From assembly GCF_035084215.1 (NCBI RefSeq), contig NC_090350.1, forward strand, positions 37,386,001-37,450,000: a stretch of DNA of 64,000 bases. Reading direction: 5' to 3'. Under the pieces are notes generated by a model. It saw only the letters and a program-made list of their open reading frames with translations. It did no database searches and had not been told where the DNA came from. The position numbers and the translations under genes were made by a program. Below, in pieces: positions 14,001 through 27,085 of the stretch. Position 1 is the first letter of the stretch, and every line of letters starts with the position of its first letter. This DNA comes from Heptranchias perlo (Eukaryota).

Positions 14001-17000
14001 CCCCAGGGGTCGGTACTAGGACCATTGCTTTTCTTGATATATATTAATGGGTGTACAGGGCACAATTACCAAATTTGCAGAGGAGACAAAACTTGGAAGG
14101 GTAGCGAACATTGAAGAGGATATAGATAGGCTGGTGGCATGGGCAGACATGTGGTAGATAAAATTTAACAGAAAAATGCGAGGTGATGCATTTCGGTAGG
14201 AAGAATGAGGAGAGGCAACATAAACTAAAGGGCACAATTCTAAAAGGGGTACAGGAACAGAGATCTGGGGGTACATGTACACAAATCGTTGAAGGTGGTA
14301 GGGCAGGTTGAGAAAGCATATGGGATCCTGGGCTTTATAAATAGAGGCATAGAGTACAAAAGCAAGGAAGTCATGATGAGCCTTTATAAAACACTGGTTT
14401 GGCCACAACTGCAGTATTGTGTCCAGTTCTGGGCACCACACTTCAGGAAAGATGTGAAGACCTTAAGAGGGTGCAGAAGAGATTTATTAGAATCATTCCA
14501 GGGATGAAGGACTTTAGTTACATGGATAGACTGGAGAAGCTGGGATTATTCTCCTTGGAACAGACGGTTGAGAGGAGATTTGAGAGAGGTATTCAAAATC
14601 ATGAAGGGTCTAGACAGAGTAGATAGAGAAAAACTTCCCATTGGTGGAAGGGTCAAGAATCAGAGGACATAGATTTAAGGTGGTTGGCAAAAGAACCAAA
14701 GGCAACATGAAGAATAGCACAGCAAGTGGCTAGGATCTGGAAGCACTGCTGGGGGGCGGAGGCAAATTCAATCATGGCTTTCAAAAGGGAACTGGATAAA
14801 TACTTGAAAAGGGAAAAGTTTGCAGGGCTATGGGGATAGGGTGGGGAGTGGGACTAGCTGGATTGCTCTTGCATAGAGCCAGCATGGACTCGATGGGCCA
14901 AATGGTTTCCTTCCGTACTGTAACCTATGACTCTAAATGCAGTTCTTCCCCCAAGTTCACTTCTAATCATTAGAATTATAATTCATGCTCTATGCCTTGG
15001 TATACTAAATTATTTCAGTCATGTTGGAGTTCTACAGTAAAAGTGGTGTGAAATATGCCTGACCTTGAAAACAGCAAGTTTGAGCTATGGCCTGTATGCA
15101 GAGGCGGTCTACGTGAGCAGAGTGTGATTGTCCATGCACTATATTAAGTTAGACGTGGTGGACTGTTCTTTTTTTAAAAACTTACTGAGAGGCGTGATGC
15201 TGCTCTTGCCCTTGCTACAGACTCTCTCTCTTTTTCTGCAGCTTTCCGCTGCACCGCTTGGAAGTTGTTCAGAGCGGCAGAAAATTCATTCATGAGACGT
15301 TCCTTCTGCATTCTCTGTTGACGCTGAAGTTACAAAAGAAAAATTATTTTGTTTGGAATTTTTTCTTAAAAGTACTGATTATTTTACATATTAACGCTTG
15401 ACTATCCATTACTGCAGTGTCCCTGCTCCAAAACACAATACTGAATTTGAATATTTATACATGTTCTATAGTTCCACTTCACCTATTGATTCTTCCTACA
15501 ATTATTGAGGGGAACTGTTACACTAGATGCAAGGCGGAATGCTTTCAATAGAAAACATTTCCCGATATACTGTATTAACTCATATCCCACACCTTTTATT
15601 TATAAAAACAGTTTAAGTTGAATGTGCTGCCTATATGCAAATTATTTTTTCCCCCTGAAAGAGGGCTCACGTTTGAGGTATAACCTACATGCAAGGACAG
15701 CCTACACGAGCGCCAATTTGATTTGGTTTTCCCCCTCCTACCAGTGGCCTGCTTGGCCAACCCTCCACGAAAGCACTCTCAGGCCTGGATACCAATGCCA
15801 GAGCTGCTAGTTATGCAAAAGCACAATAATCAGCCAGTATGCATGTAGGGAGGGGTGGAAGAAAGGCCACCAACCCAGAGCTGTCATAGTGAAAGCCAGT
15901 TGCTGATAGATGTGCTTAGGCTCTTTCGACTGAGACCTGATACAGAAGGTCTCCAACAGATATAGATAGTTTGATAGCAAGTTTTACGTATTCACTTTCA
16001 ATAATACAGATAATTGAAGTGCAAGGGGCATTAATCATCAGTATGTACGAGATATTGCTTTGTTCAAACTTTTGGACATATGCACAACAGGATGAAAGAA
16101 TTCTATAATTCAGTATTTATGGTGCATCACAAATGGAGAAGTTTGACAACCAAGACCACCAGCACTATAATATCTCCAACTACATAGGGTCACTAACTCT
16201 TGAAATAGGGTATCAAATGGTTATTTTAAAAGACAGAGAGTACAGTATTTATTTCATGTAATTTTTAAATCAGATGTTAGACAAGATATAAAAATATACA
16301 AATAATCTGTGCTGAAAGAAATCTGTTCAGGTGAGTGGCACATCTGATTTAATGAACACGATTTGTTTCCAACCTCAGAATAGGACGACTCAATTCATTG
16401 GTGATGCATTTTTATTCCCTCATGTCCTGTCATTCTGGCCTAAGATGAATTGTTAAGCTCATACCAATTACTGCCTAGTTGGAGCTTGTGTGTCTACTGG
16501 GAGCTGCACTGAGATTGCGATTTGCTTCATTTTGGACCAAGTTATCAGAGTGAGGACAATCATTTCTTTCTGGCTGGACTGGATTCTAATCCAGGTCCAA
16601 GACATGGCAGGTCGTCGTCTATACAAGTACTCACCTGCTCATTGTACATTAAAGGTAGTGATCCAAGCCCCTTCAGGTGTTTGTTGGTTTCCTTGGCAAT
16701 CTGGTTTGTGTAATGTTGCAGCTGTTGCCTACAAAGAAGATAAAACATTATTAAAATGAAAATGAACAATTGTACACGATAGCCCATTTCATGGCAATTT
16801 GATTTTTTCTAAAACTTGGACCTATAGATTAGGAAATGACACTCTGATCCAAATATTATTTGTTTGATGAATACTTCATGCTATAATCTGCAATGATGGC
16901 AATACCTAAAAAGGGAACAGTTTTACAGTAGTGTAATACTGAATTTGGTGCACATGCAAGTGAAGGAAATTATAACCATTAGTCGGACAATTACTGTGTT

Positions 17001-20000
17001 TCAAAACTTTAATTGAAAATCAGTATATTGCATGCCAGCTTCTTTTCTCTAGCAACAACCATCTCGTTAAACCCCTTTCTGCTGCCCCCTCCAAGTGCCA
17101 GGAGCTCATGGACTTCTGTTACTAAGATTGAGACTATCCATTTGGCTGCTTGTTCCTTCTCCTCCCAACCCCCCCCCCCTTTCCCACCAAGCCAAAACTC
17201 ACCCAAAGCTCTCCCGTGCCATAGCTCTGAACTTTCATCTCTCCCTTGTTTCTCTTCTATCTCCTCTCATTCCCTTGCCAGGCTTATCTCATCCATCAAC
17301 TCACCTCCCACTCCCTTGACTTCATTCCCACTAAGCTGCTGACCAACCAACTTCCACTCCTGGTCTCATTGCTAGCTGAAATCATAAATGGTTCCCGCTG
17401 CTCAGGCACTGTCCTGCTCTCTTTCAAAACCACCATCTTCACTCCCCTCAAAAAAAAAACCACCCTCAACCAACCCTGTCCTTGCAAACTACTACTCCAT
17501 CTACGGCCTCTTGTGTACCCCATATTTGGCCACAATCCTTCCTCGAGAACAGCATTCTGTATTATGCTCTGCTTGCAACTGAGCACCACAGATCTGTTCT
17601 AATGGCACATACCAAAGTGATGAGTAAAACAGCAGAAATATTTCTAACCCTTCTAGACAGAATCCTGAGAGTAGGCAGGAGTATTGCAAGGAACTTTGTC
17701 AGTAACAGCTCAAGAACATTTGCTCTCACCATTGATAGATTTCCAAAACTTCCCTCTGTTTTGCCAGATGACCTTAAGAATTGTAAAGAAGCACTAGTAA
17801 CCAAAAGGAGTTCAAACATTTTGGATGCATGAGAAACCAATATTTGGCTGCACACAAAACTCAACATGGTCTTGGCAAAAAGGTTTCAATGTCACGCATG
17901 CTCAGTTATTCCAAGGCCACCAGAATGACTTTACATGATACTACCAATACCCAAACTTCTAGAGCACAGGACAAGTGGAAGACAGCAGTTTAAAAAAAAT
18001 TATCTATAAGAAATGGGAGTGTCATCCCCAAGCTTCAAGGGGCAATGAATAGGAACAGGAGTAGGCCATTCAGCCCCTCGTGCCTGCACCACCATTTGAT
18101 AAGATCAAGGCTGATCTGTGATCTAACCTTCTAAACTCTAGAGAATACAACCCCAATTTGTGCAATCGCTCCTCGTAACTTAACCCTTGAAGTCCAGGTA
18201 TCATTCTAGTTAATCTACGCTGCACTCCCTCCAATGCCAATATGTCCATCCGAAGGTGCGCTGCCCAGAACTGCTCACAGTACTCCAGGTGCGGTCTAAC
18301 CAGGGTTTTGTATAGCTGCAGCATAACTTCTGCCCCCTTGTACTCTAGTCCTCTAGATATAAAGGCCAGCATTCCATTTGCCTTCTTGATTATTTTCTGC
18401 ACCTGTTCATAACACTTCAATGATCTACATATCTGTACCCCTAGGTCCCTTTGGACATCCTCTGTTTTTAACTTTTTACCAATAGGAGCTATTTACGACT
18501 ATAGTTCTGCTTTTGCCCAATTTAACTGGTAGCCTAGATTTTCCATCCATCACCCACTAAGAAAGCAATTATGGAGAATGTTCTGTTAAGACTAACTATG
18601 CTTTGCAAAGACCAAATCTGTAAAACACTTGAAGCAATTGAAATATAAAACCGCAATGTAGAATGCAGCATTCAAAATAACCAAAAATTGTTTCTCTCAA
18701 TACACTATCAAAACAGTCCAACTGGAAGAACTGGCATAATTGTGGCAACAATAGTATTAACCAGGTTAACTAAACACACCCATATAGCTATTGTTAAGCA
18801 AGGAGATATAACCAAAGTTGCCACCCAGAGGGCTGAACATGCAAGCAAATTCTTAGTCTGGTCAATAATTTAAACCCAAGCCCTACGGGTCAATAAATTA
18901 ATATTTAAAGTGCTTTTAAATTATGCATTTTTCCCACTCAGGCTGGTTACTGCTTCCACAAACAGCTGTTCTTGTGCCTTAAAGATGTAGAGTGCAATAT
19001 CTACTCTGCAAATGCAACTTGAACCAAAATCGATGGAATTATTGACAGATTTGTAACCTAACTACGTTCATAAGTGCACTATAAACAGAGAGTAGAAATA
19101 TGTCATAACATCCACTTAGTTGTACAATTTGGCTGCAGCTCAAATATTTTGATAAGTCATGGTACAGTCATACACAACTTCATCTCGCAACACATATACA
19201 CTTACAGTCTGTCCTGAAGCTCACTTGTATCTTGTTGCGTTCCTAGTTGTTGCACCATTGTATTTATCTGTGCAGCTGTAGGAAATGATAGATAATCAAA
19301 TCTACCTTGTATTTAAACACGATTACAGCAAATTCCTGAGGCAAGAAACTGCATTAGGATTTAATCATTAGTGATCAATGCAATTATGTATTTAAGCATT
19401 TTATGTCCTGCATAACCACTGCTGAATTATGTATGTTAACAGAACAAATAGATTTTATCTAATTAACTGCTAACCAAAAATAGGGCATGTTACACAGGCC
19501 TTTAACATTGTCCTTACTATCAGGCTGCTATGTACTGGTTGGTAGGTGCAGCATTTTACTCGGTGACAAATTTATTATAAGATTATAGAATTCAACTTAC
19601 AATTCCAGATTCTGAAGTATGAAATAAGCACCATTATGAAAACAGCATACTAAGTTCATACATTAAAGTTTGGTATTACCAAGGAAACAATTTTAAAAAA
19701 ACCATTTTTGTTCATGTATACAGTATATACATTATATAACTCAACATCAAGAGTGGAGAGACTTCGACAACTTGCTCCACAGCTTCTCCTATTGGCCAGA
19801 GTCTAGAACTACACTGCTAGACAAGTTTAGATATGGGAATTCCATCCTAAAATGTTTACATAACATTTAATATTGTAACTGAGATAAAAGCCTGACTAAA
19901 AATCGTGATAACGGGGAATTGGACACTAACTGCGTGTATACACAGGGTATTTAATATAGATGTTAGTCTGATCAAAAAAAGCAGTGAGCACTTTTCAGCT

Positions 20001-21649
20001 CAGTTTTACGTTTCTTCAACTTGAACAATTTCAAGAGATGGTGCTGAACCCATTTTGTGCCACTAGCTCACTTAGTAGATTATACAACATTAAAAAGTTT
20101 CCAAATACATTTTAAACAGACTGGCTCCCACGGCAGGTGGGAAGACGATCATATTTTATAAGGACAGATATATTGTGCATTATACTGTAAAATGTATTAT
20201 TCAGCTAAAGAGCAGCTGTGTGTAACTTAGTGTCTCTAACATCACAAGGTGCCAATTAGAGAGATTGATTATTATGAAGCAGATTCTAAGGTCAATTGAT
20301 GTTCAGACTGACTTTCTCTGCACATTGGAAATTATATTCTTTATCATTTTGATGCTTTGAGACACAAATTTGCATGTACGACATCTCAGGGACGTTTGAT
20401 ACATCTCAAAACTTATCTATTTAGTGGCAGTTGAGTAGCATATTTCTGTTAGACCTCCCTTTCCTTCCCTTCTTCTCCACCCCCCCCCTTCCCCAAACAA
20501 GACAGGCAGTCATCTAAATGCAAGATGGAGATCTTTAACAGGACATAGGGATATTAGTCCTACCTACTGCTGCTCTGTAACTGACCAGTCGCCTCTTTTC
20601 TAAGATAGGAAACTTAAAAGGTGATTAGATCATTGTGAAATATGTAGTGCAACTGGCTGATAAGATGACCTTGGACTCATTTTGACCCCAAAGCAGCATG
20701 GGGACCTACAACACAACCTCTAATTACAAAGTTAGTGACAGCAGAGTTTGTTTTTATTCTTATTGAGAGCAGTCTGTTACATGGGTGTGACCAGGATCAT
20801 AGGCTCCAGAGAGACTGGAGCTAGTAGCTCTAGTCCCACGTGCATGTTGAATTGACAGCTCAAAAACAATTACATTGCTAAATTTCAACGAAGAAACTAA
20901 ACTGAAGGCTTCGTCCCTCAAGGTTTTGCGGGGTGGGAGTAGATGGGAAATAGTGCACTTTGCTCCTCTCCCATTCTAATGGTTTAATAGATCCATGGTA
21001 AAATCTATATCCCCCCCACCCCGGCTCATGAGAAGCTATGAAACAATACAAGGAATGAAGCCCAGCCTGGCATTAAAAGATAAGTAGCTGTTATATATTA
21101 CTGTATTAAAAACGCAACTTTGGACTGGTTACAGCAACAAAAATATGGCACGGTACATCAGTTTTGTTTTGCTTTTCCAAAAAAAAGGAAAAAAATCTAA
21201 CAATAGATTCCTTATAATGCAAGTCCTGGATAGATTCCAAGTGCTATATTGTAACTAAGGTTTACTGTAGTTTAAAGTCAAATAGAAACTTGCAGTCTCA
21301 TCCACCTTGAAGCAAAATTGATCTTCCTGAATTGGTACTAAACATATTTTACATTGAATGTAATTTCCTTGCACATGTAAAATTTTATATTGTGTTTTAT
21401 CCTCATTAGAAGTTCGTTTGATCGTGCAAATGGTGATTGGCAAAATATCCCTAGTCTAAGCAGTTTTTCCTTTAAGTTGAAAAAGATTTCAGAATGACTT
21501 TTTTCAGGTCCTTGTAGCAGAGCTGATTGCAACTTACTATTCTGTGTGATCTTCTGGATGTTGGCACTGCATGTTTGAATGAGGCTGTTGAAGTCCTGGG
21601 GTTGAGAGTGGTAGCTGAAACGGCTGTCCTCAATTCGTCCGTAAGACAT
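7942..21649 (-). CDS. STX12: Syntaxin-12 (or syntaxin-12-like) endosomal Qa-SNARE; spliced CDS of 9 coding exons, 822 nt / 273 aa
   Basis: Exons 21538-21649, 19206-19275, 16635-16728, 15186-15323, 12947-12999, 10533-10638, 9840-9912, 9266-9348, 7942-8034 all have GT-AG ends and join in frame: MSYG...[19 protein letters not shown]...[18 protein letters not shown]...[11 protein letters not shown]...[13 protein letters not shown]...[15 protein letters not shown] plus a C-terminal TM helix, the STX12 pattern. Confidence 0.9.
8430..9125 (+). mobile_element. Old CR1 LINE 3' fragment
   Basis: Degenerate LYK.LV.PQ.EYC.QFWAP motif and CR1 3'UTR. Confidence 0.75.
9266..9348 (-). CDS. STX12: STX12 coding exon 8 ([28 protein letters not shown])
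   Basis: 83 nt, CCTACAG acceptor and GTAGG donor. Confidence 0.92.
9840..9912 (-). CDS. STX12: STX12 coding exon 7 ([24 protein letters not shown]), SNARE motif with zero-layer Gln
   Basis: 73 nt, TCCAG acceptor and GTAAAT donor. Confidence 0.92.
10533..10638 (-). CDS. STX12: STX12 coding exon 6 ([35 protein letters not shown])
   Basis: 106 nt, TTTTCTTAG acceptor and GTTTG donor. Confidence 0.92.
11000..12735 (-). mobile_element. CR1 LINE, 5'-truncated, frameshifted RT
   Basis: ORF fragments [61 protein letters not shown]. Confidence 0.92.
12947..12999 (-). CDS. STX12: STX12 coding exon 5 ([17 protein letters not shown])
   Basis: 53 nt, TTTCCAG acceptor and GTAAAG donor; contains EEQLVSF. 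Confidence 0.85.
13915..14935 (+). mobile_element. CR1 LINE 3' fragment
   Basis: [20 protein letters not shown]...[20 protein letters not shown]; CR1 tail. Confidence 0.9.
15186..15323 (-). CDS. STX12: STX12 coding exon 4 ([46 protein letters not shown])
   Basis: 138 nt, TTCAG acceptor and GTAAG donor; Habc Hc helix motif. Confidence 0.92.
16635..16728 (-). CDS. STX12: STX12 coding exon 3 ([31 protein letters not shown])
   Basis: 94 nt, TTTGTAG acceptor and GTGAGT donor; lies within ORF 16560..16787. Confidence 0.9.
17020..17550 (+). mobile_element. Degenerate L2-like LINE fragment
   Basis: LDFIPTKLL...[21 protein letters not shown] motif typical of L2/CR1-clade ORF2. Confidence 0.6.
18050..18480 (-). 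mobile_element. CR1 LINE 3' fragment with internal deletion
   Basis: [17 protein letters not shown]...[17 protein letters not shown] joined directly to the 3' tail. Confidence 0.9.
19206..19275 (-). CDS. STX12: STX12 coding exon 2 ([24 protein letters not shown])
   Basis: 70 nt, CCTACAG acceptor and GTAAG donor, phases 1/2 fit the neighbouring exons. Confidence 0.9.
21538..21649 (-). CDS. STX12: STX12 coding exon 1 ([37 protein letters not shown]); the exon extends into 5'UTR up to an acceptor at 21719
   Basis: ATG at 21649, GTAAG donor after 21538, polypyrimidine tract plus TGCAG acceptor ending at 21720. Confidence 0.9.
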
Positions 21650-22049
21650 GGTCACGTTAAGAGGTCAGCGCTGACCCAACGCAACAGTGAACAGTCAAAA
21701 ATCAGCACTTCCTTTAAACCTGCACGAGGATGAGATAGGAAAAAAGGTTCAGAACTTGATGCACAAATTTTTAAAACCTCAAGTATCTGGTACTACAAAA
21801 TTGGTTAAATACAAAGGTACAGCTGTCTTAAGTTAATCCTAATGATATATTCCTGCCCCTCCCACCTTCAGAAATATGCAACTTGTTCTCTATCTGTTAC
21901 ACATAAAAGCATCAGGCAAATCAACACAAAATCTTCACGTGTTACACCAGACATGTTGAAATGTCGTAGAATTTTGCAGCGCAAAAGGTGGCCATTTGGC
22001 CCACTGCACTTGTGGCCTTGGCTGAAACAGTGGACACCCTTACCGAAGC

Positions 22050-22750
22050 TCTAGGAATTTTTGAACGAGAGGCATCCCCAGCCTTGGTCTTTATGTCAGC
22101 TGGAACAAGACGAAAGCGCAATCGCTAGGACATTATATAATTCCAGCGGCCTTCATAACAGATGCTAATCCATCCAAAACAGTGGAATCAAGTGACAGTT
22201 CACTTATGTAGGAGCACGAATTCCTCCAATTGGGACAGTTTTCCTGACAGCCGTAGGTGCAGTGCACTCGTGAGCTCCGCAATGAACTCTCCATCACATG
22301 GAGATTGAACATAAGTTGCAGTCTCAAAGTACGACTCTACAACGCAATAGTAATATCCATATTTAAACATGGCTCAGAAACGTGGGTACGCACCAAAGTA
22401 ACGAATAGGTGAATCGATGCATTTGATTCTAGTTCGCTTTGCACACTAAAGATTAAGCCTCAGGACAAAATCTTGAGACTAATCAACGGCCTCTCTCCTG
22501 GTTGGTTGATAGATAGTTACCAACTCCTCTGGTATGCACACCTCAAGCGCCAGCCTGAGTCTAACCCTGCCGGGCATTCACCACCAAAATGAAAGACCAC
22601 GAGGCACATCCAGAACAAAATGGGATGACAACATAAAAGTGCTCCTTAACAGCCTGGGCCTTACTGCCAATGAGGCATGTGAGAACCCGGAACCATAATA
22701 GTTGGAAGAAGCTGGTAGCAGATATTCCCATAGAGGACGGCAATGATGAC
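22050..22750 (+). mobile_element. Old RTE-clade LINE fragment
   Basis: Around 22323-22385 reads LKVRLYNAIVISIFKHGSETW, matching the RTE-type K.RLY...V.S.L.YG.ETW motif. Confidence 0.55.
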
Positions 22751-23269
22751 AACGACTTGTGCCATCTCCCTGTAAGAACTATCCATTTGGATATTTTCCC
22801 AGCGATTTCTGCCGAAACCTTTTAAATTTTTCTTTTTCAAATAATTATCCAGTTTCTTTTTAAGAACTATTTTTGGATTCTACTTCCACCACTGTTCTGC
22901 AAGGGCAGTCCATGTCCTAACCACCTTCTCCATAAAATAAATTTCTCTTTACTTCTCCTTTTGATCCTAAATTTATGCTCTCTAGTTACCGACTCTCGAT
23001 TTCATACACCTCCATTAGATATCCTCCCCTTTATTCTAATAAAAAAAAGCCACAGTTAGTCTAGTCTCTCCTTATTACTTAAGCTGCTCATCCCTGGTAT
23101 CACCTTAGTGAATCTCTTGTCATTTGACATGTCAGCCCACATTTTTTTTTTAAAAACTCCATCACACTCACTTCAGAACATTTTTGCTTTTATAACATTC
23201 TCTTCAAATAAAATGAAAAACAGCAGCAGCCTAACTGACACCAAAGCTATGCAGCTGGCAAAGGGTGAA

Positions 23270-24960
23270 GACATTAAACAAATATTTTGTATCTGTCTTC
23301 GGTGGAAGACACAAAAACATAAAGATAGTGGGGAACCAAGGGGCAAATGAGAGTGAGAAACTTAAAACAATTAATATCAGTAGAGAAAAAGTATTAGATA
23401 AACTAAAAGCCGACAAATCCCCTGGACCTGATGGCCTACATCTTAGGGTTCTAAAAAAGGTGGCTGCAGAGATAGTACATGCATTGGTTGTGATCTTCCA
23501 AAATTCCCTAGTTCTAGAACAGTCCCAGCAGATTGGAAGGTAGCAAATGTAACACCGCTATGCAAGAAAGGAGGGAGAGAAAACAGGGAACTACAGGCCA
23601 GTTAGCCTGACATCAGTCGTCGGGAAAATGCTGAAGTCCATCATTAAGGAAGTTGTATCAGGGAACTTAGAAAATCATAATATGATTAGGCAGAGGCAAC
23701 ATGGCTTTATGAAAGATAAATCATGTTTAACAAAATTTATTAGAGTTCTTTGAGGATGCAACTACCAGGGTAAATAAAGGGGAACCAGTGGATGTAGCAT
23801 ATTTGGATTTCCAAAAGGCATTCGATAAGGTGCCGTATCAAAGGTTGCTACCCAAGGGCTCATGGGGTTGGGGGTAACATATTATCATAGATGGAGGATT
23901 GGTTAACGGCAGAAAAGAGTAGGGATAAACGGGTCATTTTCAGGTTGGCAGTCTGTAACTAGTGGGGTACTGCAAGGATCGGTGCTTGGGCCTCAGTTAT
24001 TTACAATCTGTATTAATAACTTAGATGAAGGGACAGAGTGTAATGTATCCAAGTTTGCTGACAATACAAAGGTAGGTGGGAAAGTAAGCTATGAGGAGGA
24101 CACAGAGTCTGCAAAGGGATATAGACAGGTTAAGTGAGTGGTTATGGTGGTGGTAGTAGGTGGAGTATAATGTGGGGTAATGAGGTTATTCACTTCGGTA
24201 GGAATAGAAAAACAGAATATTTTTTAAATGGTGGGAAACTATTAAATGTTGGTGTCCAGAGAGACTCGGGTATCCTCGTACAAGAAACAAAGTTAGTATG
24301 CCAGTACAGCAAGCAATTCGGAAGGCAAATGGCATGTTGGCCTTTACTGCAAGGGGGTTGGAGTACAAGAATAAGGAAGTCTTACTACAATTGTACAGGG
24401 CTTTGGTGAGACCTCACCTGGCATACTGTGCACAGTTTTGGTCTCCTTATCTAAGAAAGGATACACTTGCCTTAGAGGTGGTGTAATGAAGGATCACTAG
24501 ATTAATTCCTGGGATGAGAGGGTTGTCCTTTGAGGAGAGATTGGGTAGAATAGGCCCATACCCTCTGGAGTTTAGAAGAACGAGACATGATCTCACAAAC
24601 ATAAGATTACGAGAGGGCATGACAGGGTAGATGCTGAAAGGTTGTTTCTCCTGGCTGGAGAGTCTAGAACTAGGGGGCATAGTCACAGGATAAGGGGTCA
24701 GCCATTTAAGACTGAGACGAGGAGGAATTTCTTCACAAAGACTGTTGTGAATCTTGGGCATTCCCTACCCCAGAAGGCTGTGGATGCTGAGTTGTTGAAT
24801 ATGTTAAGGCTGAGATAGGTAGATTTTTGGACTCTAGGGGAATCAAGGGATATGGGGATCAGGCAGGAAAGTGGAGTTGAGGTTGGAGATCAGCCATGAT
24901 CTTACTGAATGGCGGAGCAGGCTCGAGGGGCCATAGGGCCTACTCCTATTTATGTTCTTA
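23270..24960 (+). mobile_element. CR1 LINE, 5'-truncated
   Basis: [57 protein letters not shown]; CR1 3' tail. Confidence 0.92.
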
Positions 24961-25309
24961 TTTTCAAAAGGAGCACAGTGTAGCATTACATTTTTAAAAA
25001 AAACAGGTTGATGAAGCATGGTATAAACAGAAGCCCCATGGAATATGGTTCATACCCACTCAAGGTACTGGCCATAACCACCTTGTGGTTATGCATTCTT
25101 GATACTGTATGCATTCATGGATTTCATGAGCAAGATTAACTGTCACAAACCCATTATTTGTATAACTAGTCACATAGCAGTTTAAGCTTTACATTGGTAT
25201 AAAGTTCAGCTTCATTACTAATTGTTAAAGTTACACAGTTTGGAAGATTCTAACCGTTGCCATTGGGAGCGACTTGTGTCAAGTTCATTGTACATTCTAG
25301 AAAATTCTA

Positions 25310-25580
25310 TTTGGGGGAGTGGTTATGGTTGAGGGATGAATGTTGGTCAGGACACTGGGAGAACTCCTCTGATCTTCAAATAGTGCCGTAGCATCTTTTA
25401 CTTCCAGCTGAAGAGGCGTAAGGCTTAGCTTTAAGATCTCATCCAAAAGTTGGCACCTCTGACGATGCAGTAAGTACTCCATCAGTACTGCACTGAAGTC
25501 AGTCTAGCTGATATTTAGTGGGGCTTGAACCCACAACCTTCTAACTCAGAGGCAAGAGCACTACCACTGAGGCAAGCTTT
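25310..25580 (-). mobile_element. Deu-domain SINE, partial
   Basis: Reverse complement of the SINE head and core. Confidence 0.7.
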
Positions 25581-26164
25581 CCCTTTCAAAGCAAAATTCT
25601 GACTCCAAACAGCTTGTACCAACCCAAAAAGGAAACTCTTTCAGAACACAGGAATTCTGAAGATTGAAAGAAGCCACTACAGATTGGCTGGCAGGTGTCC
25701 CAAAGTTTGAAAAATATCATATGCTACTTGATCTCTCACCCTTTAACTGCTATCTGATAAATGTCTATCCAGTTTTCACTTGGAATAGATAACTCCAGTT
25801 AATAATGGTTCCTACACCATTCAAAGAATGGGTTTTAAATTTACTCAGAAAGCCTTCCTGGATTCCCATGAAACTACAACTAGCAGTTTATAGCATATAT
25901 CAAATCAAACACTCTCCACAGAAGTAGAAATGAGATGACAAATGCAGTGTCCCCTCAAAGACAAACAGAAGCATTGACTGTTAGATGGCATGTTATACTA
26001 TATGTCCCTGTTATACTGTACAAACCAAAGCTCAGATCAGAGTTGAATCAATTATCCAGCTCACACTCTTGTTTTCTTCAAATTGGCTTTGAGCCAGTGA
26101 AGGGCAAAGACAACAAACTCCTGTTTTGGTCTATAGGTGCTACAAATCTCAATGCGTGGCTATG

Positions 26165-26520
26165 GTGTCAACTTGGCTCAGTCAGTAGCACGCTCACCTT
26201 CGTGTCAGAAGGTTGTGGGTTCAAGCTCCACTCCAGGACTTGAGCACATTATCTAGGCTGACACTTCAGTGCAATACTGAGGGAGTAGTGTATTGTCAAA
26301 GGTATCATCCTTCGGATCAGATGCTAAAGGCTCCATCTGCCTGCTCCATTTGAAACTAAAGATTCGTATGGCACGGTTTGAAAAGCAGAGTGTTCCTGAG
26401 ACTCTGGCCAACATTTTATCCATAACCATGAAAAACTGGTCACTGATGTTCATGGGATCTTGTACGCAAGGCAGCTGCTGCACTAGAAGGCACAAGAATC
26501 ATCACTTAAAAGTAATTCAT
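26165..26520 (+). mobile_element. Deu-domain SINE
   Basis: TGGCTCAGTCAGTAGCAC...GGTTCAAG A/B boxes plus core. Confidence 0.75.
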
Positions 26521-26699
26521 TGCCCCATCAGGTCATGTTGCCATACTGCTGGTTGTAGTTGCATGGGAATCCCGGAAGGTTTTCAGGGTAAATTTAAAAC
26601 TCATTCTTTCAGTACAGGATAGCTAATCATGAACACAGCTCCTGTTTGAAAACTAAGAGAAGTAGGTCACTTAAAGATTCACAGTTTCTGTATGTAAAA

Positions 26700-27085
26700 G
26701 AAAGACTTTCACAACCTCAGGACATCCCAAAGCGCTTTTCAGCAAAAGGAGTACTTTTGAAGTGTAGTCACTGTTGTAATGTAGAAAACACGGCAGCCAA
26801 TTTGCACACAGCAAGGTCCCACAAACAAATGCGATGATGACCAGATAACCTGTTTAAGTGATGTCGGTTGAGGGATAAATATTGGCCAGGACACAGGGGC
26901 GAACTCACCTGATCATCTTCGAAATAGTGCCCGAAAGACGGCACCTCCGACGGTGCAGCACTCCCTCAGTACTGCACTGGGAGTGTCAGCCTAGATATTG
27001 TGCTCAAGTCTCTGGAATGGGACTTGAACCCACAATCTTCTGACTCAGAGGCGAGAATGCTACCAACTGAGCCATGGCTGACACC
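26700..27085 (-). mobile_element. Deu-domain SINE, inverted relative to the copy at 26165
   Basis: Well-conserved head, core and tail on minus. Confidence 0.8.
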
